DNA from: Octopus bimaculoides
Taxonomy: Eukaryota
Direction of reading: 5' to 3'
Length of the DNA stretch: 64,000 nt
Assembly (NCBI RefSeq): GCF_001194135.2
Contig: NC_068987.1
Coordinates: 63,058,233 to 63,122,232 of the forward strand
The notes beneath the pieces are model-generated. The model was not told where the DNA came from. It ran no database searches and saw only the letters and a program-made list of their open reading frames with translations. The first letter of the stretch is position 1; each line of letters begins with the position of its first letter. The translations under genes were made by a program, and so were the position numbers. Below, piece after piece: positions 24,673 through 37,561 of this stretch.

Positions 24673-27149
24673 GTGAGTAAATTCATGCCCTCATTTTATT
24701 CGATGCGTGTGTGTATGTATGTATGCATGTATGATTTTATAGTCATGATTATGGGCCACAGAAATTCATTAGGGAATGAGTATTTGTATGAACAAACATG
24801 AGTGAGTGTAAGTATGTGTGCATATGAGTATGTATGTGATAGAGACAAACAGAGAGAGAAAGAATGATAATTAGAGAGAGAGAGAGAGTGAGAGGACGAA
24901 GGAAAATTAATGAGAGAGAGAGAGGCGAGTGAGAGGAGACGGGGTTTTTTTTTGAGGAAGATATCGACACATGCTTGCATTCTGTATGTAACTTCCACAA
25001 CATATTGCTCATCACATTTATGAGTGTTTTTCCCTCCGCGATATGATCGTATCTCATGGTCGATAACTGTTTATATGTATGTGTAAATAAATGCTTTTAT
25101 CGGAAAATATAATGTGTTTACGTATATTTCAACAGAAACAAACATATGGTCATATAGATCATTTTTGCTCATACACATGCGTACGCATACTCACACACAC
25201 ATCTTTTTGAAAGAGATACATGTACACGCTCACACACATAATGTGTGTATGTGTAAATATTTGCGTTTGTGGGTGTGTTTAAATGAAAAGCATATTGCCA
25301 CAAAGCGTAACTAATTCGTGAGTAAATGGGAAAATCTGGTCATACACAAATATTACATACATAGACACGTTTGAGTATGTATGGAAAAATAGTATCAAAG
25401 AATTTATGTATGTTTGTGGTAAACAAATAGATAGATAGAGAGAGAGAGAGAGAGAACGATAAGTGGCCTTGTTTCTTCGATAAGGCGTTGTTTTCAAAAT
25501 ACTCCGGCACGTTTATAGGCCTTTATCTATCCCTTCCTCATACCTGTTTATCTTAGTAAATTCTCATTTTTACCTTGTTCTTATACAGCTTTCTACAGAC
25601 CTCAAAAGTGATTACTTGATTTGCTATAAACAGCAGCAGTATCTATCTAAAATCACATCCTATTTGAGAAAGGATAAACCAAAAAAAGCGATGAGGTGAT
25701 GGATAGTCATGTGAGGAACACTTTTGATCAGGTTTATTGAGTTAGGACTGATCTAGGGTTAAACAAGATCTATTTTCTGATCAACAGAATTATAATTTTA
25801 ATCATTACTCAAAAATAACTTTCCGAAAAGACTGTTTCCTAAAGATTAATCTAAATAACAGTATTGTTATTTCTAATTGTATATCGGTATGTTAATTTCA
25901 TATCGTTGTTTTAGAATCATTGAAACTAGGTTCGTTATATCAGATTGCTTCAGAAACGTGTCACATCCTAGTTACCCTTAACTAACCCTTTATGACTGGT
26001 GCAGAAACTAGCCCACCATCCACCCGTTTCTCTGTCACCTAACTACTATCTGCTATTTTCTTCACTACGACCCACGTAGTCATTCGATCTGTTAGACATG
26101 ACAAGCAAATTTCCTCTAAACTACACTCTTCCGTCTCAAAGAAAAAAAAAAAAAGCGGTACATTGCACAGTGTAACTTGAAAACAAAACTGGATGGTCAC
26201 AATTAGAATGCTTTTGATCATACGTCTGCTTAATCAAGGCTGGGTTGTGGCTATACAACAACGAATCTTGTCCGCAGTCACCACCTCATTTTGTACTCGC
26301 AGTAATCACAATTCTCCAATGATTGTCTGTGTATGTTGCACGTTACCTTGCCCTTATAAGATATGTGTATGAATATTATTGTACACACGATTTAGGGGCA
26401 TGTACACAAACACTTATAAAAAATTGGCGATTTACTCTGTCGGTACTGATTGTTTCTTGCTCGACACGATCCTTCAGAATATACTACCATCTCTCTCTAC
26501 TCGTCTGATTGATCGTAGTGAACAGGAAATCGTAAGTAGTTTAGCAATGAAGTGACTCACCAGTTTCATACAAATAATTATACTCTACAGCTTGTATTGA
26601 GTACGCTTTGAGTATCTGAGTATGTACGTGTGTGTATGTGAGTGTGTGTGTATACAAACAAATGTATGTATGTGTGCGTGCGTGCATGTGTATATGTATG
26701 TATGTATGAATGTGTGTGTGCGTGCGTGCGTGCATGCATGCATGTATGTATGTATGTATGTACGCATGCATGTATGTATGTATTCACGTGTGTATGTATG
26801 TATACTGCTAGCAGCAGCGCTTGCAGCAGACGGCAATAACAATGCTCGAACAAAACAAAATATCTTCAGAATTGCATTAGGATTATCATTAATAATCGAA
26901 GAAGCTCCTAGAAAAACTATTGGACCATTCAGAAAATTAAACACAACCCCAGAGTATTCTCATCATCATCGTTTAACGTCCGCTTTCCATGCTAGCATGG
27001 GTTGGACGATTTGACTGAGGACTGGTGAACCAGATGGCTACACCAGGCTCCAATCTGATTAGGCAGAGTTTCTACAGCTGGATGCTCTTCCTAACGCCAA
27101 CCACTCCGAGAGTGTAGAGGGCGCTTTTAGGAGTGGTTGGCGTTATTCT

Positions 27150-27500
27150 TTAGTAAAAAGCAAAGGCTTCTGTTTCATTTATTAGTGCACTAAAACATCC
27201 TCCAGATTTTGTCAAAGTTGTAGAGATTCTACTGAAGCAATACTGTTCTCTTTTCAGTGGTACTGATTTGGTTGATTTATGCTGTATCTATTGAAGTTAA
27301 ACTAAATCCCTGATATATCAATCCTTAGACATCATAGTGGCTAATAAAATTAAACACAATGCAGCTGTAAAGCATCTTAAGTTACCCCCCAAGTATCTTG
27401 TAAACAGTATCGACATCAACTGATCCCTTTTGTCTATTTTTTGGAGAAAATGTATGGATGCTGTCTATAATACCTGAGCATTTTCTGTCCCTGTTTGTCA
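27150..27500 (-). mobile_element. Possible Penelope-like RT remnant
   Basis: Weak frame-hopping similarity (FL..I..LMSILF.R; KENSIASVESL.L) to the PLE thumb region. Confidence 0.3.
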
Positions 27501-27779
27501 TCCCAGCTTTCAAAAATGGAAATAAATTGCTTACAGTAAATTACTGTTTGCTTACTGGTCTCTCTTATTTAAGTATTAGAGGGAGAAAGAGAGAGAGAGA
27601 AAGAGTGATGAAGTAACAATAACTGATTTTGAAGAAAGCAACAATCTTCTAAATCTCAGCTACCAATAAGTAGTAAAGACTGCTTAACACAGCTTCTACA
27701 CTCTAATGACATTTTGATTGCTTTAAGCGTGGGCCCCCAACATATGTCACATAACTCGGCTTCAGTAAGGCCACTCATA

Positions 27780-27960
27780 ATCATTAATCATAACATTTTG
27801 ATGGAGAAAATTATCCAATATGGGAGTCTGCAGAAAGGTAACTGCAGAGGTTTAAGTGTTTTCTAGTATAACCCAACATATTGCAATCAATAAAATCCAC
27901 TCAAGCCCTGCAAAAGCGATGCAGCGGTGTCCAGCTCAGGAATTGTGTTAGCCCTTCCAA
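27780..27960 (+). mobile_element. CR1/L2-like RT remnant
   Basis: HNILMEKIIQYG followed by a degenerate SGVPQG.VLGP-like nucleotide stretch. Confidence 0.45.
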
Positions 27961-28089
27961 GACTTTCCTTATGTGTATATATATATATATATGGTGCCCC
28001 AACATGACTGCAGCTTTAAGGCCCGAGACAAGTTAAAGAGTTCTACATAACTTTCACATCTTTGCTCTAGGGAGTAGAGTTTTAAACTT

Positions 28090-29560
28090 TTACCATCTCT
28101 CCTAGATAATCTTGGTGCAGCAACATTGAATAGCTTCTAGTTCCATACCAACACTTTACATTGACCATAGCTGAGAGCAATAATCCCAATAGCTGAGAAT
28201 GAATGTCTCCAGGTGACATTCTTGTGAAGGATCTTGCAATGCATTCTACTAATTTGCACATTGTTGCCATAGGTGCATGAAACAAACCATCATTACTCAT
28301 ATTAACTTTCAGGTTGTGCAGTAGTTGTAATTCTGGGATTGCAGTATCTCTTGTCCTATATATCCTGATTGTGGCAAGTGTCCTATATATCCTGATTGTA
28401 GCAAGTGTTTAAAGTTTTCTGTCATTAAATTGCTTGTGCTATCTTCAGCATATTTGCATATTGTATTTAGGTCTTACTGGGGATTTGAGACATTATCAAG
28501 GTTCTTGATTGCCTTTGATACTTACCTGTCATCAATATTGCTAGTGAGAGTGCTGCTTGTGCAATTGAAGGTATGCCTGAGAATACAGCTATAAACAAAT
28601 ATGGTTCCTAAAACAGTTTCCTGGTGGACTCCATTCAGCATTAATGTTTCCCATGGAAGCACATCTTAACCACTCTTAGTTTTCCAATTTTGGTGAGATC
28701 ATCATGATCAACTTTATCAAAGGCCTTTGCAAAGTGAAGATATATCACATATACATTTGAATAATTTAGCTGCCATTTCAATACCCAGGCATAATGCTGT
28801 AGGAGCTTTGTAAATCTACTCAGGTAGAAATTATGCTGGTTGTTTGTACGCAAGTCATTTATTTCCCAGAAATGTGATCAGTTTCTCATTGATAATTTAG
28901 TTCTGCAATTTTGTTGATGTGTGAAGTTAGAGAAATAGACTTTTAATTTTTATCATCTGCTCTTCTTTCTCTTTTATTGATATAGTATAATATGCTTTGT
29001 TTTAACCTTTTGGAGAATTTTTACCAGTGAGTAAGCTTTTAAATTCTGGAATAGTTTTGCTAAAGCTTGTTTTCATGTTATTACGAGAATTATTGGAAAG
29101 CTACCAGGTTCTGTTGCTGAGTTTAAACTCATTTCACCTGTGGCTGACAATACATCTTTCTCCTTTATGCTGATGTTATCAATTATTGCACTTCGCTCCC
29201 ATAGAATTGCAATGTTGAAGAACTCATTTGGCTTATTTATTTACATGTTTTCCAATGAGGTGGTGACAATACTTTAGAATTGTTCATTCAGTATTTCCTT
29301 TATCCTTTTGAGGTCTGCAGCCAGCTATTTTTTTGGAATAATGGTCTTATTTTGTAAAGTACAAAAACTAATTATTTTGCAAATCAATAAAAGCTTTAGA
29401 GTTTGTTTCCTAATTTTCTGCAGCTCTGGTTTATTTGTGTTTCTTCCTTTTTCATAAGAATGTTTGATTTGCTTTTCAATATCTAGAAATATTCCCTTTA
29501 GGTAGTATTTTTCACTGTTCTTGAGTTGTTCACATAAGCAATTTGAGATCTATATTTTTT
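28090..29560 (-). mobile_element. Decayed CR1/L2-like LINE
   Basis: QHNF..SRFTKLLQHYAW..NVYVIYLHFAKAFDKVDH (RT motif DFxKAFDKV) with upstream linker-like sequence. Boundaries approximate. Confidence 0.7.
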
Positions 29561-29638
29561 TGTGCTTTTTGTTTTGGACTCTAATCAGAAGACTAATAGA
29601 TATTGTATACAATGTGTAATATACATATATATGTATGT

Positions 29639-29701
<63 letters not shown>

Positions 29702-31073
29702 CTTTTCAAAGTTTCAGCTCAGAGCTGCGGCCATGCTGATGCACCACCGTGTATGTATATATATTATATATATGTATATGTATATATATATGTATATGTA
29801 TATAAATATTATATATATTATATATATATTCAATATATATAAATATATAGGCATGGGGAGAAGCTTGCTTCCCAACCACAGTTCTGGGTTCAGTCCCACT
29901 GTGTGGCATCTTGGGTAAGTGTTTTCTACTATAGCCTTTCGCCAACCAAAGCCCTGTGACTGGTTTTGGTAGATGGAAACTGAAAAAAGCCCATTGTGTG
30001 TGTGTGTGTGTGTGTGTGTGCTCGCATGAGTGTGTGTGTGTCTTTATGTTGGTGTTTGTTCCCCCCGTCAATGTTTGCCAACTGGTGCTGGTGCGCTTAT
30101 GTCCCTGTAACTTAGAAACCAATAAAATAAGTACCAGGCCTAAAATAGAAACCAATAAAATAAGTACCAGGCCTAAAAAAAAAAATAAGTACTGGAGTTG
30201 ATTCATTTGGCTGACAATTCTTCAAGTCAGTGCCCCAGCAATGTCACACTCTAATGACTGAAATGCAGTGGCCGTTGCCAGTACCGCCTGACTGGCCTTT
30301 GTGCCGGTGGCATGTAAAAGCATCTACNNNNNNNNNNNNNNNNNNNNNNNNNNNNNNNNNNNNNNNNNNNNNNNNNNNNNNNNNNNNNNNNNNNNNNNNN
30401 NNNNNNNNNNNNNNNNNNNNNNNNNNNNNNNNNNNNNNNNNNNNNNNNNNNNNNNNNNNNNNNNNNNNNNNNNNNNNNNNNNNNNNNNNNNNNNNNNNNN
30501 NNNNNNNNNNNNNNNNNNNNNNNNNNNNNNNNNNNNNNNNNNNNNNNNNNNNNNNNNNNNNNNNNNNNNNNNNNNNNNNNNNNNNNNNNNNNNNNNNNNN
30601 NNNNNNNNNNNNNNNNNNNNNNNNNNNNNNNNNNNNNNNNNNNNNNNNNNNNNNNNNNNNNNNNNNNNNNNNNNNNNNNNNNNNNNNNNNNNNNNNNNNN
30701 NNNNNNNNNNNNNNNNNNNNNNNNNNNNNNNNNNNNNNNNNNNNNNNNNNNNNNNNNNNNNNNNNNNNNNNNNNNNNNNNNNNNNNNNNNNNNNNNNNNN
30801 NNNNNNNNNNNNNNNNNNNNNNNNNNNNNNNNNNNNNNNNNNNNNNNNNNNNNNNNNNNNNNNNNNNNNNNNNNNNNNNNNNNNNNNNNNNNNNNNNNNN
30901 NNNNNNNNNNNNNNNNNNNNNNNNNNNNNNNNNNNNNNNNNNNNNNNNNNNNNNNNNNNNNNNNNNNNNNNNNNNNNNNNNNNNNNNNNNNNNNNNNNNN
31001 NNNNNNNNNNNNNNNNNNNNNNNNNNNNNNNNNNNNNNNNNNNNNNNNNNNNNNNNNNNNNNNNNNNNNNNNN

Positions 31074-31330
31074 CCGGTCTTCATACTCTTAATTGCTTTA
31101 TCTACCCTGGTACTATCAACTCGGATAGCTGGTCCCTCTATTGGGTCGACATAAGGCAGGCTCTCTTTCTCCCATTCATTCTCTTTATTAAGCAATTTAT
31201 CGTAGTGGCATCTCCAGACCTCTTTCTTTGCATCCTCATTTAATGCAAGCGTACCATCATCCATGCGAACACATTTCTCTCCTACAACATCACTATTCTC
31301 TCTCCTACACTGTCTTGCAACACGAAATAC
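31074..31330 (-). mobile_element. RTE LINE fragment (endonuclease-RT linker)
   Basis: VFRVARQCRRENSDVVGEKCVRMDDGTLALNEDAKKEVWRCHYDKLLNKENEW..VDKAIKSMKT. Confidence 0.8.
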
Positions 31331-32124
31331 CTCACACAGTGCCACATAAAAAGCACCCATGCTGGTTCCATGTATAAAGCACCTGTACCACAGCCATGTA
31401 AAATACACCCAGTACACTAAAGTAGCTGGTGTTAGGAAGGACATCCAGCTGTAGAAACTATGCCAAAACAGACAATCTGAGTCTAGGCAGCTTTCTGGCT
31501 GGACAGCTCCTGTCAAACTGTCCAGCTCATGCCTCTATGGAAAACAGACGTTAAGTGATGATGATGATGATGATGAGCTTCTTTCTATTTCTGTCTACCG
31601 AATCATCTCACAAGGCTTTGGTCAGCCTGGGACTATAGTAGAAGACACTTGATGAAGTGTCTTCTACTATACTGACCAAGTGTATTCTACTATATATGTA
31701 TGTATGTATGTACGTATATGTGTATATGTGTGTGTATGTGTATACATATGTATCTATGTGTGTGTGTGTGTGTATATATATACATATGTATATCTATATA
31801 CATGTATATATACATGCATATGTATGAGTGTGTGCTTGTGTGTTTGTTCCCTTTCCTTGACATCACATGATGGCTGTAAACGAGTGTCACCATCATACAA
31901 GTGATGTTGTTTTGATTCCAGTCGTACATGAAAACCTGTCTGGTCATGGGAAAACTTGGATCAAAGGCATTCCAGCTATGAGCACTGCAATGTGTCCTTT
32001 ATTTAAGATGGTAGGGTGCAAGGTAAAATATTTCCCATTGCTATAATATTAAAAATGAATGACACTGTTTCTACAACACGAACAGTCATTTTACAATTGT
32101 CACATGATGCCAAGACAGAGAGAC

Positions 32125-32515
32125 AGGAGTGGCTGTGTAGTAAGTAGCTTACTTACCAACCATGTAGTTCCGGGTTCATTCCCACTGCATGGCACCTTGG
32201 GCAAGTGTCTTCTACTATAGCATCGGGCCGACCAAAGCCTTGTGAGTGGATTTGGTAGACGGAAACTGAAAGAAGCCCGTCGTATATATGTGTGTGTGTG
32301 TGTATGTTTGTGTGTCTGTGTTTGTCCCCCCCCCCAGCATTGCTTGACAACCAATGGTTGTGTGTTTACGTCCCCTGTAACTTAGCGGTTTGGCAAAAGA
32401 GACCGATAGAATAAGTACTAGGTTTCCAAAGAATAAGTCCTGGGGTCGATTTGCTCGACTAAAATGGCGGTGCTCCAGCATGGCCGCAGTCAAATGACTG
32501 AAACAAGTAAAAAAA
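32125..32515 (+). mobile_element. tRNA-derived SINE family A, near full-length; further copies at about 29825-30240 (+), 42280-42680 (-), 46425-47090 (+), 37250-37510 (-), 35395-35590 (-), 49355-49560 (+), 53905-54270 (+), 62080-62280 (-), 19040-19220 (+)
   Basis: Pol III-like head (tggctgtgtagtaag..gggttcattccc), ggcaccttgggcaagtgtcttctactatagc core, internal (TG)n and a conserved 3' end ccagcatggccgcagtcaaatgactgaaacaagtaaaa, repeated many times in the window. Confidence 0.85.
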
Positions 32516-33203
32516 ANNNNNNNNNNGTTCATTCCCACTGCATGGCACCTTGGGCAAGTGTCTTCTACTATAGCATCGGGCCGACCAAAGCCTTGTGAGT
32601 GGATTTGGTAGACGGAAACTGAAAGAAGCCCGTCGTATATATGTGTGTGTGTGTGTATGTTTGTGTGTCTGTGTTTGTCCCCCCCCCCAGCATTGCTTGA
32701 CAACCAATGGTTGTGTGTTTACGTCCCCTGTAACTTAGCGGTTTGGCAAAAGAGACCGATAGAATAAGTACTAGGTTTCCAAAGAATAAGTCCTGGGGTC
32801 GATTTGCTCGACTAAAATGGCGGTGCTCCAGCATGGCCGCAGTCAAATGACTGAAACAAGTAAAAAAAAAATACATAAACAAACATGGTAGGGAAACTTA
32901 GCTGTTATTTCTAGCAGGTTGAATGGGCATGTAAAGCAGGAGTGGGAAACTTTTATAACAAGCATGAAATAAGAATAGCCCAAAAGGCAAGTCAGTTTAT
33001 AGCAAGTTTTAATTCATAAAATGTTAAAGAGACAAACATACACACACTCATATATGTACACAAGCATAGTAAGGAGATTTAACTGTTATTTCTAGCCGGT
33101 TGAGTGGGTATGTAAACCAGGTGTGGGGAACTTTTATAACAGTAGGGTTGAAGTATGAATACCTCAAGAGGCAAGTCGGTTCAAACAAGTTTTAATTCAT
33201 TAA

Positions 33204-34319
33204 CCCTTTAACATTCAGATTATTTCTGTCAAATGTTGTTGTTGTTGGCACTCCATCGCTTACAACGTCGAAGGTTCCAGTTGATCCGATCAACGGAACA
33301 GCCTGCTCGTGAAATTAACGTGCAAGTGGCAGAGCACTCCACAGACACATGTACCCTTAACGTAGTTCTCGGGGATATTCAGCATGACACAGTGTGACAA
33401 GGCTGACCTTTTGAATTACAGGCACAACAGAATCAAGAAGTAAGAGTGAGAGAAAGTTGTGGTGAAAGAATACAGCAGGGTTCGCCACCATCCCCTGCCG
33501 GAGCCTCGTGGAGCTTTAGGTGTTTTCACTCAATAAACACTCACAACGACCNNNNNNNNNNNNNNNNNNNNNNNNNNNNNNNNNNNNNNNNNNNNNNNNN
33601 NNNNNNNNNNNNNNNNNNNNNNNNNNNNNNNNNNNNNNNNNNNNNNNNNNNNNNNNNNNNNNNNNNNNNNNNNNNNNNNNNNNNNNNNNNNNNNNNNNNN
33701 NNNNNNNNNNNNNNNNNNNNNNNNNNNNNNNNNNNNNNNNNNNNNNNNNNNNNNNNNNNNNNNNNNNNNNNNNNNNNNNNNNNNNNNNNNNNNNNNNNNN
33801 NNNNNNNNNNNNNNNNNNNNNNNNNNNNNNNNNNNNNNNNNNNNNNNNNNNNNNNNNNNNNNNNNNNNNNNNNNNNNNNNNNNNNNNNNNNNNNNNNNNN
33901 NNNNNNNNNNNNNNNNNNNNNNNNNNNNNNNNNNNNNNNNNNNNNNNNNNNNNNNNNNNNNNNNNNNNNNNNNNNNNNNNNNNNNNNNNNNNNNNNNNNN
34001 NNNNNNNNNNNNNNNNNNNNNNNNNNNNNNNNNNNNNNNNNNNNNNNNNNNNNNNNNNNNNNNNNNGAGAGAAAAAAAATATAAATGTAGTGGTCAGCGA
34101 TCTATCTATCTATCTATCTATATATATATATGATTGACCGTTGACTGAACACTATTCAATTTTTTTTCTCCGTGTTTTTCTCCTTGTCTCCGTATTCTTT
34201 CTGTTGAAGAGCGTAGCTCGAAACGTCAAAGACTTTCCGTATTCCCGAGCGTCATACTAATATATACTTTTGTTATTTACACCACCTGTCCTCGTCTGTT
34301 GTTATTATTTGTATATTCT

Positions 34320-34354
<35 letters not shown>

Positions 34355-34716
34355 GTGTGTGTTTATATATATATATTCCTGCACCCCCACCATCACTTGA
34401 CAACTGATGGTGTGTTTATGTCCCCATAACGTAGTGGTTTGGGAGAAGAGACCAAGAGAATAAGCACCAGACTTACTAAAAATAAGTGCAGGGATCGATA
34501 TCTTCGATTAAAAGGCAGTGCTCCAGCATGGCCACAGTCAAATGACTGAAACAAGTAAAAGAACAAAAAAAATATCTCATAGCTTTGAGATTTTGAAGTT
34601 GTGATTGTATATTTTTAGAATGACGTAGGATAGGTATGACAGGCCAGACCTGGCTGGTTTAAACATTAAAAGGTAGAATATTGGGACCAGATATGGCCGG
34701 TTTAAATACTAAAGGG
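33204..34716. mobile_element. piggyBac-like non-autonomous element split by nested insertions
   Basis: TTAA|ccctttaacatt at 33200-33215 and aatactaaaggg|TTAA at 34705-34720. The body resumes at about 34575 and matches an uninterrupted copy starting at about 40512. Confidence 0.65.
34135..34322 (+). mobile_element. Penelope-like terminal fragment with a hammerhead-like motif
   Basis: (TA)n on both sides; TCTTT-CTGTTGA-A-GAG-cgtag-CTC-GAAACGTC-AAAGA at 34196-34232. Confidence 0.6.
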
Positions 34717-36905
34717 TTAAAGATTCGACTGACTTCTATTGACAAAACTGTAGTAGTTTACAAACTATTTGTAGCAACAGCGGCAGCAGCAGCAGCTACT
34801 GCTGCAGAATATTGTGGAAAAATCTTACATAATCATTAATACATTTCATGGACAATTATGTCTAAGTAATGAGGTTGTGTCATGACATGACATCATCTTG
34901 TGGTTGAGTGAAAGCATTTTTTTTTAGTATAGTTATGGATGCCGTTGTCATCATCATCATCTCTTTTAATGTCTCTTTTCCATGCTGGCATGGGTTGGAC
35001 GGTTTGTCAGGAGTTGGTTAGGCAGAAGACTGTATCAAGCTTCACTGTCTGTTTTGGCAGGGCTTTTATGGCTGCATGCTCTTCCTAACTTCAACCACCT
35101 GAAATTTTCTTGGAAATCAATAGTTCAGCAGGAGTATCAAATAAAAGTCAATAGTTCCCTTCGATTTTAGCTTTATGCTCCATAAAGCAAAACAACCAGA
35201 TACCATATTCTTTTCTATTCTAGGCTCAAGGTCTGAAATTTTGGGAGAGGGGAGCCAGTCGATTAAATCGACCCCAGTATGCAACTGGTACCTAATTTAT
35301 CGACTCTGAAAGAATGAAAGGCAAAGTCGACCCCGGTGGAATTTTATTGTGTTGAGTCATTTGTGTCATAGTACAGGTTTTATGTCGAAGATTGTAGCTT
35401 TTATCTTTTACTTGTTTTACTCAGCGGATTGTGGCCATGCTGGAGCACCACCTCAAATGTTTTAGTCAAGTAAATTGATCCCAATACTTACTCTTGCAGT
35501 CTCTTTTTGTCAAACTGTTAAATTACAGGGATGTAAACAAACCAACACTGTTGTCAAGTGGTATTGGAGGATAATCACATACATAGATATATACATCACA
35601 CACATACATACATACATATATATATATCAGGATGATAATGTCTGTCTATCTGTTTGTGAATCCCTAAAACTCAAGAACTACACAACTGATTTCATTCAAA
35701 CTTTAAACATGCCTTACCTAGGGTCCATGTAGTGTCATGGGCCCAAAAAATTTTCAACTTGCCTAATGCAACCCCAGGAATTTACAAATGTGAACAAACA
35801 ACTTATTCCCTACAAATTCATAGGTCGGGAACTTATATTTGTTTCAGATTTTGGTTCAATGCCAGCAATTTTGGGGAAGCACTAGTGTAGTTAGAGGTGG
35901 GAGGCAGTGGTCTACCCCATGTGGCACTTTTAGTGGGGCAGCATCACTTTTGGGTCTGCTGTAGGCAATATGTATTTTTTGTGGGGACCTGTGGAGCAGC
36001 AAACTGAAGAGACACTCTGGGTGGTGCACACTAGCTACAATAGTATGGGAGAGGGGTTGAGTTGATTACATAGACCCCAATGCTCAACTGGTACTTATTT
36101 TATAAACCCTAAAAGGATGAAATGCAAAGTTGACCTCAGTGGAATTTAAACTCAGAATGTAAAACAGGCGAAGTGCTGCTAAGCATTTTGTTCGGCATGC
36201 TAATGGTTCTGCCAACTTGCTGTCTTGTAGGAAACATATTAACCCTTTTGATGCTAACCCACCTGAAACCACCCTTAGTTTTGTGATACAAACTTTTTTG
36301 TTTTAAAGTTATCTAAATTAAAATACTCCCACAAAATTTCATGTTGTTTATGCACCAAACACCACTTAAATAATGATTAAATTATATTACTTATTCTTTA
36401 ATATTTTTCAAAATCAGTTGAAACAAAAGCAGTTTATTTCAACAAAAATACGGCAACTAAAATTTACTGTTTTGGTGTTAAGACTTAAGTGATTTCTTTT
36501 TGTTGGGATTTTTAGAGATTTCCTTATAGACAGTTTCACATTTGAATGTAAATGCAATTTCACTTATAAGTGAGGAGTTCTCCATCTTTAAATTTCTTCA
36601 CTTACTTGTAATGCTTTAGTTGTAGTTGATAGTAATGCCATTGTCTATGATAGAGCATTCTGGTATTTCAGTCTTAATGTAGGGTTGTAGTAGTGATTGC
36701 TGATGGTAATTGCATTTGCAATACAGTATCACTCTTCCCTTGGTTAACCATGCTGGAACAGATACAGCAGTGAGTTCTCCAGCAGTAATTTGGTGAGTTC
36801 AGCTACCTGCCCAGGCTCCACTGCTTGTCAGGCTGAGAAAAGCAAACTGTCATGTGGTAGTGGAGACCTCCGGTGTCTTCAGCCCCTGGGCCATACTTTG
36901 TTTCG

Positions 36906-37229
36906 AAAGTAATGACAGCCTTTCGAAAGGCTGTCATTACTTTTGAGACAGAACTTCTTGATACACCAAACATTTCGGCTGTTTTCGTTACTCTAGCGCC
37001 TGCAATACGAGCACCAACAATTTGACCTCTTTGAAAGTCCGATGGATCTGTCATTTTAATGAATTTTAATTACCTTTTTCTGATATGTGAAAAGAAACAG
37101 TAATTTTAGCGAAACATATTAAGCAACACTTAAAAACATAAAAATAAACAAGCTTTTGACGGTTTTATAGATATTTCAAAATTATGATGCTATGATGCTA
37201 GGTGTTTCCATTATTTTGTCCAACCCCTG
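36906..37229 (-). mobile_element. 5' fragment of a Tc1 element
   Basis: TIR caggggttggacaaaataatggaaacacc next to TA. The ORF start MTDPSDFQRGQIVGARIAGARVTKTAEMFGVSRSSVSKVMTAFRK is a typical Tc1 HTH. Truncated at a palindrome. Confidence 0.85.
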
Positions 37230-37528
37230 TCTATATATGTATATATATCGAATGAGTCAACCCCAGTACTTGTTTGTTTTTAAGTCTCGTACTTATTCTA
37301 TCAGTCTCTTGCTTAACTGGTAAGTTATAAGGATGTAAACACACCAACACTGGTTGTGAAGCAGTGTTAGGGGACAAACACATACACAGTAATGCACACA
37401 CATATATACATACAACAGGCTTCTTTCAGTTTTCATCTACCAAATCTACTCACAATGTTTTGGTCATCCCAAAGCTATAATAGAAGACACTTGCCCAAGG
37501 TGCCATGCATTGGGAATATATATAAATA

Positions 37529-37561
<33 letters not shown>

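Noticed and set aside
26541-27014. Several 65-130 aa ORFs rich in Y/I/C/V/H/T (and the many similar ORFs elsewhere)
   Set aside because: Translations of (TG)n, (TATG)n and (TA)n microsatellites.
32165-32875. Exact tandem duplication of about 350 bp of SINE A
   Set aside because: Identical copies separated by a 10-N placeholder gap; typical scaffolding artefact.
36803-37054. 83-aa ORF with an apparently novel C-terminus
   Set aside because: Tc1 HTH start fused to unrelated flank through the 38-bp palindrome; not a gene.
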